From contig OZ024741.1 in assembly GCA_964016885.1 (NCBI GenBank), positions 127,596,001 through 127,660,000 of the forward strand: a stretch of 64,000 bases of DNA, given 5' to 3'. This stretch comes from Eledone cirrhosa. Lineage: Eukaryota. This document shows positions 27,643 to 37,839 of this stretch, piece after piece. The position numbers and the translations under genes are program-made. How positions within the stretch are numbered: position 1 is the first letter of the stretch; every line of letters starts with the position of its first letter. Under the pieces are notes generated by a model, which worked only from the letters and a program-made list of their open reading frames with translations, did no database searches and was not told the DNA's origin.

Positions 27643-30600
27643 ACTCTATAATGTGGTAATGCTGGTTCTACTACAAAATACACCTAGCCCACTCTATAAT
27701 GTGGTCGTGCTGGTTCTACTACAAAATACACCCAGCCCACTCTCTAATGTGGTAATGCTGGTTCTACTACAAAATACACCTAGCCCACTCTATAATGTGG
27801 TCGTGCTGGTTCTAATACAAAATACACCCAGTCTACTCTATAATGTGGTAATGCTGGTTCTACTACAAAATATACCTAGCCCACTCTATAATGTGGTAGT
27901 GCTGGTTCTACTACAAAATACATTCACCCCACTCTATAATGTGGTAATGCTGGTTCTACTACAAAATACACTCAGCCCACTCTATAATGTGGTAATGCTG
28001 GTTCTACTACAAAATACACCCAGCCCACTCTATAATGTGGTAGTGCTGGTTCTACCACAAAATACACTCAGCCCACTCTATAATGTGGTAGTGCTGGTTC
28101 TACCACAAAATACACCCAACCCACTCTATAATGTGGTAGTGCTGGTTCTACTACAAAATACACCCAACTCACTCTATAATGTGGTAGTGCTGGTGCTACT
28201 ACAAAATACACTCAGCCCACTCTATAATGTGGTAGTGCTGGTTCTACTACAAAAAACACCTAGCCCACTCTATAATGTGGTAGTGCCGGTTCTACTGCAA
28301 AATACACCCAGCCCACTCTATAATGTGGTAGTGCTAGTTCTACTACAAAATACACCTACCCCACTCTATAATGTGGTAATGCTGGTTCTACTACAAAATA
28401 CACTCAGCCCACTCTATAATGTGGTAATGCTGGTTCTACTACAAAATACACCCAGCCCACTCTATAATGTGGTCGTGCTGGTTCTACCACAAAATACACT
28501 CAGCCCACTCTATAATGTGGTAATGCTGGTTCTACTACAAAGTAAACCCAGCCCACTCTATAATGTGGTAATGCTGGTTCTACTACAAAATACACCTAGC
28601 CCACTCTATAATGTGGTCGTGCTGGTTCTACTACAAAATACACCCAGCCCACTCTATAATGTGGTCGTGCTGGTTCTACTACAAAATACACCTAGCCCAC
28701 TCTATAATGTGGTAGTGCTGGTTCTACCACAAAATACACCCAACCCTATCTATAATGTGGTAGTGCTGGTTCTACTACAAAATACACCCAGCCCACTCTA
28801 TAATGTGGTAGTGCTGGTTCTACTACAAAATACACCTAGCCCACTCTATAATGTGGTAATGATGGTTCTACTACAAAATACACCCAGCCCAATCTGTAAT
28901 GTGGTAATGCTGGTTCTACTACAAAATACACCCAGCCCACTCTATAATGTGGTAATGCTGGTTCTACTACAAAATACACCCAGCCCACTCTATAATGTGG
29001 TAGTGCTGGTTCTACTACAAAATACACTCAGCCCACTCTATAATGTGGTAATGCTGGTTCTACTACAAAATACACTCAGCCCACTCTATAATGTGGTAAT
29101 GCTGGTTCTACTACAAAATACACTCAGCCCACTCTATAATGTGGTAGTGCTGCTTCTACTACAAAATACACTCAGCCCACTCTATAATGTGGTAATGCTG
29201 GTTCTACTACAAAATACACTCAGCCCACTCTATAATGTGGTAATGCTGGTTCTACCACAAAATACACCCAGACCACTATAATGTGGTAATGCTGGTTCTA
29301 CCACAAAATACACTCAGCCCACTCTATAATGTGGTAGTGCTGTTTCTACCACAAAATACACTTAGCCCACTCTATAATGTGGTAGTGCTGGTTCTACCAC
29401 AAAATACACCCAGCCCACTCTATAATGTGGTAGTGCTGGTTCTACTACAAAATACACTCAGCCCACTCTATAATGTGGTAGTGCTGGTTCTACTATAAAA
29501 TACACCTAGCACACTCTATAATGTGGTAGTGCCGATTCTACTACAAAATACACTCAGCCCACTCTATAATGTGGTAGTGCTGGTTCTACCACAAAATACA
29601 CCCAGCCCACTCTAGAATGTGGTAGTGCTGGTTCTACCACAAAATACATTCAGCCCACTCTATAATATAGTGCTGGTTCTACCACAAAATACACTCAGCC
29701 CACTTTATAATGTGGTAGTGCCGGTTCTACAACAAAATACACCCAACCCACTCTTTAATGTGGTAGTGCTGGTTCTACTACAAAATACACCCAGCCCACT
29801 CTATAATGTGGTAGTGCTGGTTCTACTACAAAATACACCCAGCCCACTCTGTAATGTGGTAATGCTGGTTCTAATACAAAATACACCCAGTCTACTCTAT
29901 AATGTGGTAATGCTGGTTCTACTACAAAATATACCTAGCCCACTCTATAATGTGGTAGTGCTGGTTCTACTACAAAATACATTCACCCCACTCTATAATG
30001 TGGTAATGCTGGTTCTACTACAAAATACACTCAGCCCACTCTATAATGTGGTCGTGCTGGTTCTACTACAAAATACACCCAGCCCCCTCTATAATGTGGT
30101 AATGCTGGTTCTACTACAAAATACACCTAGCCCACTCTATAATGTGGTCGTGCTGGTTCTAATACAAAATACACCCAGTCTACTCTATAATGTGGTAATG
30201 CTGGTTCTACTACAAAATACACCTAGCCCACTCTATAATGTGGTCGTGCTGGTTCTACTACAAAATACACCCAGCCCACTCTATAATGTGGTAATGCTGG
30301 TTCTACTACAAAATACACCTAGCCCACTCTATAATGTGGTCGTGCTGGTTCTAATTCAAAATACACCCAGTCTACTCTATAATGTGGTAATGCTGGTTCT
30401 ACTACAAAATATACCTAGCCCACTCTATAATGTGGTAGTGCTGGTTCTACTACAAAATACATTCACCCCACTCTATAATGTGGTAATGCTGGTTCTACTA
30501 CAAAATACACTCAGCCCACTCTATAATGTGGTAATGCTGGTTCTACTACAAAATACACCCAGCCCACTCTATAATGTGGTAGTGCTGGTTCTACCACAAA

Positions 30601-32412
30601 ATACACTCAGCCCACTCTATAATGTGGTAGTGCTGGTTCTACCACAAAATACACCCAACCCACTCTATAATGTGGTAGTGCTGGTTCTACTACAAAATAC
30701 ACCCAACTCACTCTATAATGTGGTAGTGCTGGTGCTACTACAAAATACACTCAGCCCACTCTATAATGTGGTAGTGCTGGTTCTACTACAAAAAACACCT
30801 AGCCCACTCTATAATGTGGTAGTGCCGGTTCTACTGCAAAATACACCCAGCCCACTCTATAATGTGGTAGTGCTAGTTCTACTACAAAATACACCTACCC
30901 CACTCTATAATGTGGTAATGCTGGTTCTACTACAAAATACACTCAGCCCACTCTATAATGTGGTAATGCTGGTTCTACTACAAAATACACCCAGCCCACT
31001 CTATAATGTGGTCGTGCTGGTTCTACCACAAAATACACTCAGCCCACTCTATAATGTGGTAATGCTGGTTCTACTACAAAGTAAACCCAGCCCACTCTAT
31101 AATGTGGTAATGCTGGTTCTACTACAAAATACACCTAGCCCACTCTATAATGTGGTCGTGCTGGTTCTACTACAAAATACACCCAGCCCACTCTATAATG
31201 TGGTCGTGCTGGTTCTACTACAAAATACACCTAGCCCACTCTATAATGTGGTAGTGCTGGTTCTACCACAAAATACACCCAACCCTATCTATAATGTGGT
31301 AGTGCTGGTTCTACTACAAAATACACCCAGCCCACTCTATAATGTGGTAGTGCTGGTTCTACTACAAAATACACCTAGCCCACTCTATAATGTGGTAATG
31401 ATGGTTCTACTACAAAATACACCCAGCCCAATCTGTAATGTGGTAATGCTGGTTCTACTACAAAATACACCCAGCCCACTCTATAATGTGGTAATGCTGG
31501 TTCTACTACAAAATACACCCAGCCCACTCTATAATGTGGTAGTGCTGGTTCTACTACAAAATACACTCAGCCCACTCTATAATGTGGTAATGCTGGTTCT
31601 ACTACAAAATACACTCAGCCCACTCTATAATGTGGTAATGCTGGTTCTACTACAAAATACACTCAGCCCACTCTATAATGTGGTAGTGCTGCTTCTACTA
31701 CAAAATACACTCAGCCCACTCTATAATGTGGTAATGCTGGTTCTACTACAAAATACACTCAGCCCACTCTATAATGTGGTAATGCTGGTTCTACCACAAA
31801 ATACACCCAGACCACTATAATGTGGTAATGCTGGTTCTACCACAAAATACACTCAGCCCACTCTATAATGTGGTAGTGCTGTTTCTACCACAAAATACAC
31901 TTAGCCCACTCTATAATGTGGTAGTGCTGGTTCTACCACAAAATACACCCAGCCCACTCTATAATGTGGTAGTGCTGGTTCTACTACAAAATACACTCAG
32001 CCCACTCTATAATGTGGTAGTGCTGGTTCTACTATAAAATACACCTAGCACACTCTATAATGTGGTAGTGCCGATTCTACTACAAAATACACTCAGCCCA
32101 CTCTATAATGTGGTAGTGCTGGTTCTACCACAAAATACACCCAGCCCACTCTAGAATGTGGTAGTGCTGGTTCTACCACAAAATACATTCAGCCCACTCT
32201 ATAATATAGTGCTGGTTCTACCACAAAATACACTCAGCCCACTTTATAATGTGGTAGTGCCGGTTCTACAACAAAATACACCCAACCCACTCTTTAATGT
32301 GGTAGTGCTGGTTCTACTACAAAATACACCCAGCCCACTCTATAATGTGGTAGTGCTGGTTCTACTACAAAATACACCCAGCCCACTCTGTAATGTGGTA
32401 ATGCTGGTTCTA
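27643..32412 (+). repeat. Higher-order duplication, offset 2539 bp (53 monomers)
   Basis: Offsets 28836/31375, 29283/31822, 29619/32158. Shared rare variants include agtaaaccc, aaccctatc, ggtgctact and ctctttaat. 53x48-5 = 2539. Confidence 0.9.
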
Positions 32413-34587
32413 CCACAAAATACACTCAGCCCACTCTATAATGTGGTAGAGCTGGTTCTACTACAAAATACACCTAGCCCACTCTATAATGTGGTAGTGC
32501 TGGTTCTACTACAAAATACACTCAGCCCACTCTATAATGTGGTAGTGCTGGTTCTACTACAAAATACACCCAGCCCACTCTATAATGTGGTAAAGCTGGT
32601 TCTACTACAAAATACACCCAGCCCACTCTATAATGTGGTCGTGCTGGTTCTACTACAAAATACACCTAGCCCACTCTATAATGTGGTAGTGCTGGTTCTA
32701 CTACAAAATACACTCAGCCCTCTCTATAATATAGTGCTGGTTCTACCACAAAATACACTCAGCCCACTCTATAACGTGGTAGTGCTGATTCTACCACAAA
32801 ATACACCTAGCCCACTCTATAATGTGGTAGTGCCGGTTCTACTGCAAAATACACCCAGCCCACTCTATAATGTGGTAGTGCTAGTTCTACTACAAAATAC
32901 ACCTAGCCCACTCTATAATGTGGTAGTGCCGATTCTACTACAAAATACACTCAGCCCACTCTATAATGTGGTAGTGCTGATTCTACCACAAAATACACCC
33001 AACCCACTCTATAATGTGGTAGTGTTGGTTCTACGACAAAATACACTCAGCCCACTCTATAATGTGGTAGTGCCGGTTCTACTACAAAATACACTCAGCC
33101 CACTCTATAACGTGGTAGTGCTGATTCTACCACGAAATACACCTAGCCCACTCTATAATGTGGTAGTGCCGGTTCCACTGCAAAATACACCCAGCCCACT
33201 CTATAATGTGGTAGTGCTAGTTCTACTACAAAATACACCTAGCCCACTCTATAATGTGGTAGTGCCGATTCTACTACAAAATACACTCAGCCCACTCTAT
33301 AATCTGGTAGTGCTGGTTCTACCACAAAATACACCCAGCCTACTCTAGAATGTGGTAGTGCTGGTTCTACCACAAAATACATTCAGCCCACTCTATAATA
33401 TAGTGCTGGTTCTACCACAAAATACACTCAGCCCACTCTATAATGTGGTAGTGCCGGTTCTACAACAAAATACACCCAACCCACTCTATAATGTGGTAGT
33501 GCTGGTTCTACTACAAAATACACCGAGCCCACTCTATAATGTGGTAGTGCTGGTTCTACTACAAAATACACCCAGCCCAATCTGTAATGTGGTAATGCTG
33601 GTTCTACCACAAAATACACTCAGCCCACTCTATAATGTGGTAGAGCTGGTTCTACTACAAAATACACCTAGCCCACTCTATAATGTGGTAGTGCTGGTTC
33701 TACTACAAAATACACTCAGCCCACTCTATAATGTGGTAGTGCTGGTTCTACTACAAAATACACCCAGCCCACTCTATAATGTGGTAATGCTGGTTCTACT
33801 ACAAAATACACCTAGCCCACTGTATAATGTGGTAGTGCTGGTTCTACCACAAAATACACCCAGCCCACTCTATAATGTGGTAATGCTGGTTCACTACAAA
33901 ATACACCTAGCCCACTCTATAATGTGGTCGTGCTGGTTCTACTACAAAATACACCCAGCCCACTCTATAATGTGGTCGTGCTGGTTCTACTACAAAATAC
34001 ACCTAGCCCACTCTATAATGTGGTAGTGCTGGTTCTACTACAAAATACATTCAGCCCACTCTATAATGTGGTAATGCTGGTTCTACTACAAAATACACTC
34101 AGCCCACTCTATAATGTGGTAGTGCTGGTTCTACTACAAAATACACTCAGCCCACTCTATAATGTGGTAATGCTGGTTCTACTACAAAATACACTCAGCC
34201 CACTCTATAATGTGGTAATGCTGGTTCTACTACAAAATACACTCAGCCCACTCTATAATGTGGTAATGCTGGTTCTACTACAAAATACACCCAGCCCACT
34301 CTATAATGTGGTAGTGCTGGTTCTACTACAAAATACACTCAGCCCACTCTATAATGTGGTAATGCTGGTTCTACCACAAAATACACCCAGACCACTATAA
34401 TGTGGTAATGCTGGTTCTACCACAAAATACACTCAGCCCACTCTATAATGTGGTAGTGCTGTTTCTACCACAAAATACACTTAGCCCACTCTATAATGTG
34501 GTAGTGCTGGTTCTACCACAAAATACACCCAGCCCACTCTATAATGTGGTAGTGCTGGTTCTACTACAAAATACACTCAGCCCACTC

Positions 34588-34609
34588 TAATAATAATAAT
34601 AATAATAAT
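34588..34609 (-). repeat. (ATT)7 microsatellite 3' tail of the LINE
   Basis: Plus strand reads (TAA)7T at 34588-34609 directly against the satellite. Short-repeat tails instead of poly(A) are typical of CR1/L2-group LINEs. Confidence 0.92.
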
Positions 34610-34840
34610 GAAATTATTGTGTACAGTGCTCAGGTGCACTACAACTCATCAAAGGTGCATGTATAGTACATAGAATAATGTACAAATGTCAGGAAAATAA
34701 ACAGTGTATGAGTCATGATATAATAACAATAACAATAATGAAATATTGTGCACAGTGCCCAGGTGCACCACAACCCATCAAAAAAGTGCATGTACAGTAC
34801 ATAGGGCAATGCACAAACATCAGTAAAATGAACAGTGCAC
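34588..34840 (-). repeat. Diverged tandem duplication (period ~130 bp) forming most of the LINE 3' UTR
   Basis: 34604-34708 (aataatgaaattattgtgtacagtgctcaggtgcactacaactcatc...aaacagtgta) aligns with 34734-34839 (aataatgaaatattgtgcacagtgcccaggtgcaccacaacccatc...gaacagtgca), with about 15 substitutions and 2 small indels. Confidence 0.9.
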
Positions 34841-34870
34841 ACATGTGTGCATGTGTATGGAAGGGGCACA

Positions 34871-37636
34871 TCAGGTGTAGTTTTGGCGTATTTCGGGAAG
34901 CATGAGTGTCTTAAAGGATGCAGTGTCTCGGCAGCTAACAATTGACGCAGGCAGTTTGTTCCATGTTTCAGCAACTCTGAGCGTGAAAAAATGTCTGCGA
35001 AAGTCATGGGAGCTGTGCTGTTTTCTTATCTTGTAGGCATGTCCACGTGTGTTAGACACATGGAGATCAAAGAGGCGCTCAGGGTTGCAGTTGGCGAGAT
35101 GGTTAAAAACTTTGTGGGTATTCACCAAGTCCACTGCCAGACGTCGGAGCTTCAATGAATCCATGCCCAGGGAAGCAAGGCGTTCAGAGTATGGTAGGTG
35201 TCTGATGGAGGGTATGCGCTTGGTTGCACGTCTCTGAACAGTTTCCAGGAGGTCAATGTTCCGAGCAAGATAGGGGTTCCAGACTGATGATGCGAATTCC
35301 AAGTGTGGTCGCACCATAGCTGTATACAGTTTTAAATAGATGGCTGGAGAGCGGCTAACAAAGGTCTTGCTGAGTGATGCCAAGACACCCTCGGCCTTCT
35401 TGACAATCTTAGAGACATGCTTTGTCCAATGCAAATCGTTGCTGACAGTAATGCCTAGGTCACGTTCACAAGAGGACTTTTTGATGTCAGTGTTGTGGAG
35501 GGAGTATGTGGACGCTGGATTTTTCCTTCCAAAATGCATGGTGGTACACTTGTCCACAGCCAGCTTCAGTTGCCAGTCTGTGATCCATTGCTGCATTGTG
35601 TCCAGGTCTGATTGTAGGAAAGAGTTGTAAATTTCAGGATCAGTCCTTTTGATTTCAAGGTACAGCTTGATGTCATCTGCATATTTTAGTACCGTGGCAT
35701 TCTGTAAGTTGGCATCTATGTCATTAATATATGCCACAAACAAAAGAGGACCAAGAACAGATCCCTGTGGTACACCAGATGACATCTCATATGGTGAAGA
35801 ATGCTGTCCTAGAACCGTGACTACTTCCCTTCGGCTGAGAATGAAGGATTTCAGCCAGTCGAAAAGATCATCCCTCACACCCATTGCAGAGAGTTTTGCC
35901 ATAAGTCTTTTGTGTGGCACAGAATTAAAAGCCTTAGCAAAGTCAAGGTAAACAACATCCACCCATGAGCCGCTGTCAGTGATCCGGGTGATGTCCTCAA
36001 GGAACTCGATAAGCTGATCACAGCAGCTGGAGTTAGGGATAAATCCAAACTGTGATGGCCGGATGAGGCTGTGAGAGCTCCAGAAGTTCCAAAGTGTTTC
36101 TCTGACACAGGATTCCATCAGTTTGGCCATACAGCTAGTAAGACTGACTGGACGATAGTTGACAAGTGACATGCGGTTGCCCTTTTTGAACAGGGGAATG
36201 ACACTGGCAGTTTTCCACTGCTCCGGAGTAGCACCATTGCTGAGACAGTATTGAAAGAAAAAAGAAAGCTGGCGCAAAAGGAAATCCCCGCCACGTTTGA
36301 GAAGCAGGTATGTCACACCATCAAGACCAGGGGAGGCATAGTTGCGCTTATTCTTAAGGTGACGTCGCAACATTGCAGGTGTAAATTCCATAGTTGTTAT
36401 GGAATTTGATGTTAGAGATGGTGGAGATGGTACATTCTGGTTTTCAACAGTAAAACTACTTGCATAGCACTCAGCAATGAGTTCTGCGCATTCCTTGGGA
36501 TCGTCAGTGATCTGGCTTGTGTGGGGATTGCGAAGAGGACCAACTGGAGAGTGAGGTCTCTGCTTTGAATGAACATATTTCCAGAACACCTTACTGTCAG
36601 GATTGGTTGCGATGCACTGTTCAAATTCAAGCACTGCCTTCTTTGTCACTTGCTTGAGATGGTTAGAAGATTTATTCCGCTTTTTTCTGTTGGCATCTGA
36701 TCTATGCAGTTTATATTCCCGTTCAGCGTTCCGACGTTCTTTCCTGGCAAGTCGGACTGCTGAAGTTTCCCAGATTGCACTTTTGGGGTGGTTATTTTTC
36801 CGCTTCCGTGGCACTGATGCTGCACACGCTATCCATATTGAGTCCAGGATGCTCTGGAGTATAGAGTTCACATCTCCAGAGTTATACATCTCATGCCAGT
36901 TTGGGCGCTGTAGCTCAGTGCAGTACAAGTTCCAATCCGCCCTCTTCCAATCAAAGCAAGCAGATTGGAGATGGCTCTGGTTTTTGTTGCTGCCCTCAAG
37001 TGCCAGATTGGCAATGATCATAGCATGATCAGAGTCGCCTAGAGGTTCCTCAGTAGTACAACTGATAACCACTTCAGGAGTAGTGGTGAAGATCAGGTCC
37101 AAAGTGTTGTCACCTCTTGTTGGAGAGGTGACTACTTGTGACCAGTTTGAGTCCAGCACTAGTTCAAGGAAATCGTTTGCACCCTGTGGCCAACGAAAGG
37201 TTTCCCAATCGATCTCAGGATGATTGAAGTCACCTGCAATAAACACATAAGTGGCTGTTTTCTTGGCAGCAACTCTGAGGATATCGCAAAGCTGTGTGTC
37301 CTGATGGTAGTTTGGGGGGCGATAAACAACGCCAAGCAGAAGTGTTGACATGGTCATACGTATGTCACAGAAAAAAACTTCTTCCTGTGATTCGTTCAAA
37401 TCAACGCAAGGAATTACCGAAAAGTTTGAACGAACGTAGACCATCACACCACCACCACGGCGGTTAATGCGGTCCTTGCGGAAAAGGTTGTACCCAGTAA
37501 TGGTGAAAACCCCATCACAGAGTAAGGAATGTGCCCATGTTTCCGTGACTGTGATGAAGTCAGGGTCGATGCTTCTGACGTAGGATTCGAACAGATGTAT
37601 CTTGTTGCATAAACTGCGAGCATTTAAGGACAACAA
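34871..37636 (-). CDS. LINE ORF2 protein: apurinic-like endonuclease + reverse transcriptase (CR1-type)
   Basis: 921 codons without stop or frameshift. APE motifs: LNARS, VTETW, RKDR..GGGV, GVVYRPP, GDFN, TR...TLDLIF, SDH. RT motifs: SPGLDGV, W..A.VIPLFKKG, NYRPVSLTS, QFGF, YLDFAKAF, SGVPQGSVLGPLLF, YADD (35672-35683), DLG. CR1-type C-terminus: VRPHLEFASSVWNP, VQRRAT, YSERL, TRGH, FFTLRVAETWNKLP. The track start is a TTG, not an AUG. The frame is open upstream to 37744 and the first AUG is codon 65 (37444). Confidence 0.96.
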   Translation of the reverse strand: MLSLNARSLCNKIHLFESYVRSIDPDFITVTETWAHSLLCDGVFTITGYNLFRKDRINRRGGGVMVYVRSNFSVIPCVDLNESQEEVFFCDIRMTMSTLLLGVVYRPPNYHQDTQLCDILRVAAKKTATYVFIAGDFNHPEIDWETFRWPQGANDFLELVLDSNWSQVVTSPTRGDNTLDLIFTTTPEVVISCTTEEPLGDSDHAMIIANLALEGSNKNQSHLQSACFDWKRADWNLYCTELQRPNWHEMYNSGDVNSILQSILDSIWIACAASVPRKRKNNHPKSAIWETSAVRLARKERRNAEREYKLHRSDANRKKRNKSSNHLKQVTKKAVLEFEQCIATNPDSKVFWKYVHSKQRPHSPVGPLRNPHTSQITDDPKECAELIAECYASSFTVENQNVPSPPSLTSNSITTMEFTPAMLRRHLKNKRNYASPGLDGVTYLLLKRGGDFLLRQLSFFFQYCLSNGATPEQWKTASVIPLFKKGNRMSLVNYRPVSLTSCMAKLMESCVRETLWNFWSSHSLIRPSQFGFIPNSSCCDQLIEFLEDITRITDSGSWVDVVYLDFAKAFNSVPHKRLMAKLSAMGVRDDLFDWLKSFILSRREVVTVLGQHSSPYEMSSGVPQGSVLGPLLFVAYINDIDANLQNATVLKYADDIKLYLEIKRTDPEIYNSFLQSDLDTMQQWITDWQLKLAVDKCTTMHFGRKNPASTYSLHNTDIKKSSCERDLGITVSNDLHWTKHVSKIVKKAEGVLASLSKTFVSRSPAIYLKLYTAMVRPHLEFASSVWNPYLARNIDLLETVQRRATKRIPSIRHLPYSERLASLGMDSLKLRRLAVDLVNTHKVFNHLANCNPERLFDLHVSNTRGHAYKIRKQHSSHDFRRHFFTLRVAETWNKLPASIVSCRDTASFKTLMLPEIRQNYT

Positions 37637-37692
37637 TTTGTACCCTGCTCGCAGTCTATGATGGTGTGTAGAGGGTGGCAGGTTGTTCTGGT

Positions 37693-37702
37693 TTAGTTTC
37701 CC
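37693..37702 (-). promoter_or_regulatory. Candidate -1 ribosomal frameshift site G_GGA_AAC followed by UAA
   Basis: Minus strand CTG GGA AAC TAA gives an X_XXY_YYZ heptamer (37702-37696) in phase with the putative ORF1. The -1 frame (GGG AAA CTA AAC CAG...) is the ORF2 frame. Confidence 0.55.
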
Positions 37703-37839
37703 AGAGTTGTAGCAGTTTTTACATTGCCAGTTATTGTGGGTAGATCACACTCAGACCAGCTGGTATCTCTCTTCCACGTTTCACCCGCCTTGACAAACCT
37801 CCAGATCTGCCCATCATCACGCAGACTGAAACTTTCATC
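37693..37839 (-). pseudogene. Putative C-terminal remnant of LINE ORF1 (48 codons, cut by the 5' truncation)
   Basis: Frame open from the element's 5' junction: DESFSLRDDGQIWRFVKAGETWKRDTSWSECDLPTITGNVKTATTLGN-stop (TAA 37695-37693). It overlaps the open ORF2 frame by 52 nt. No recognisable domain, and a second frame is also open for 35 codons, so the assignment is positional. Confidence 0.65.

Larger units (their letters stand above)
1..34589 (+). repeat. 48-bp tandem satellite array, left arm (~720 monomers, runs off window edge)
   Basis: Continuous head-to-tail copies of TATAATGTGGTA(G/A)TGCTGGTTCTAC(T/C)ACAAAATACAC(TC/CC/CT)AGCCCACTC. Monomers differ by a few substitutions and occasional 1-3 bp deletions. 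The ORF track shows the matching 16-aa periodicity. No unique spacers. Confidence 0.99.
34588..37839 (-). mobile_element. 5'-truncated non-LTR retrotransposon (LINE), CR1 clade (~3.25 kb)
   Basis: Only non-satellite sequence in the window. On the minus strand it reads: putative ORF1 C-terminal remnant, APE-RT ORF2, ~260-nt 3' UTR, (ATT)7 tail. No LTRs, TIRs or TSD. Clade call rests on motif recognition and the absence of RNase H and a C-terminal CCHC knuckle, not on a phylogeny. Confidence 0.95.

Noticed and set aside
34871-37636. Prokaryotic RT system (retron, DGR, group II intron, RT beside a repeat array) or telomerase-like synthesis of the array by this RT
   Set aside because: The N-terminal APE domain, CR1-type C-terminus, microsatellite tail and 5' truncation identify a LINE. 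It contains no copy of the 48-mer as template, and it interrupts a pre-existing variant order, so it post-dates the array.
37712-37729. WQCKNC in the ORF2 frame upstream of the endonuclease, resembling the end of a PHD finger found in some CR1 elements
   Set aside because: The frame is closed by two TGA codons (37747-37745, 37753-37751) just upstream and the other PHD ligands are absent. It also lies before the candidate frameshift site. Worth rechecking against a family consensus.
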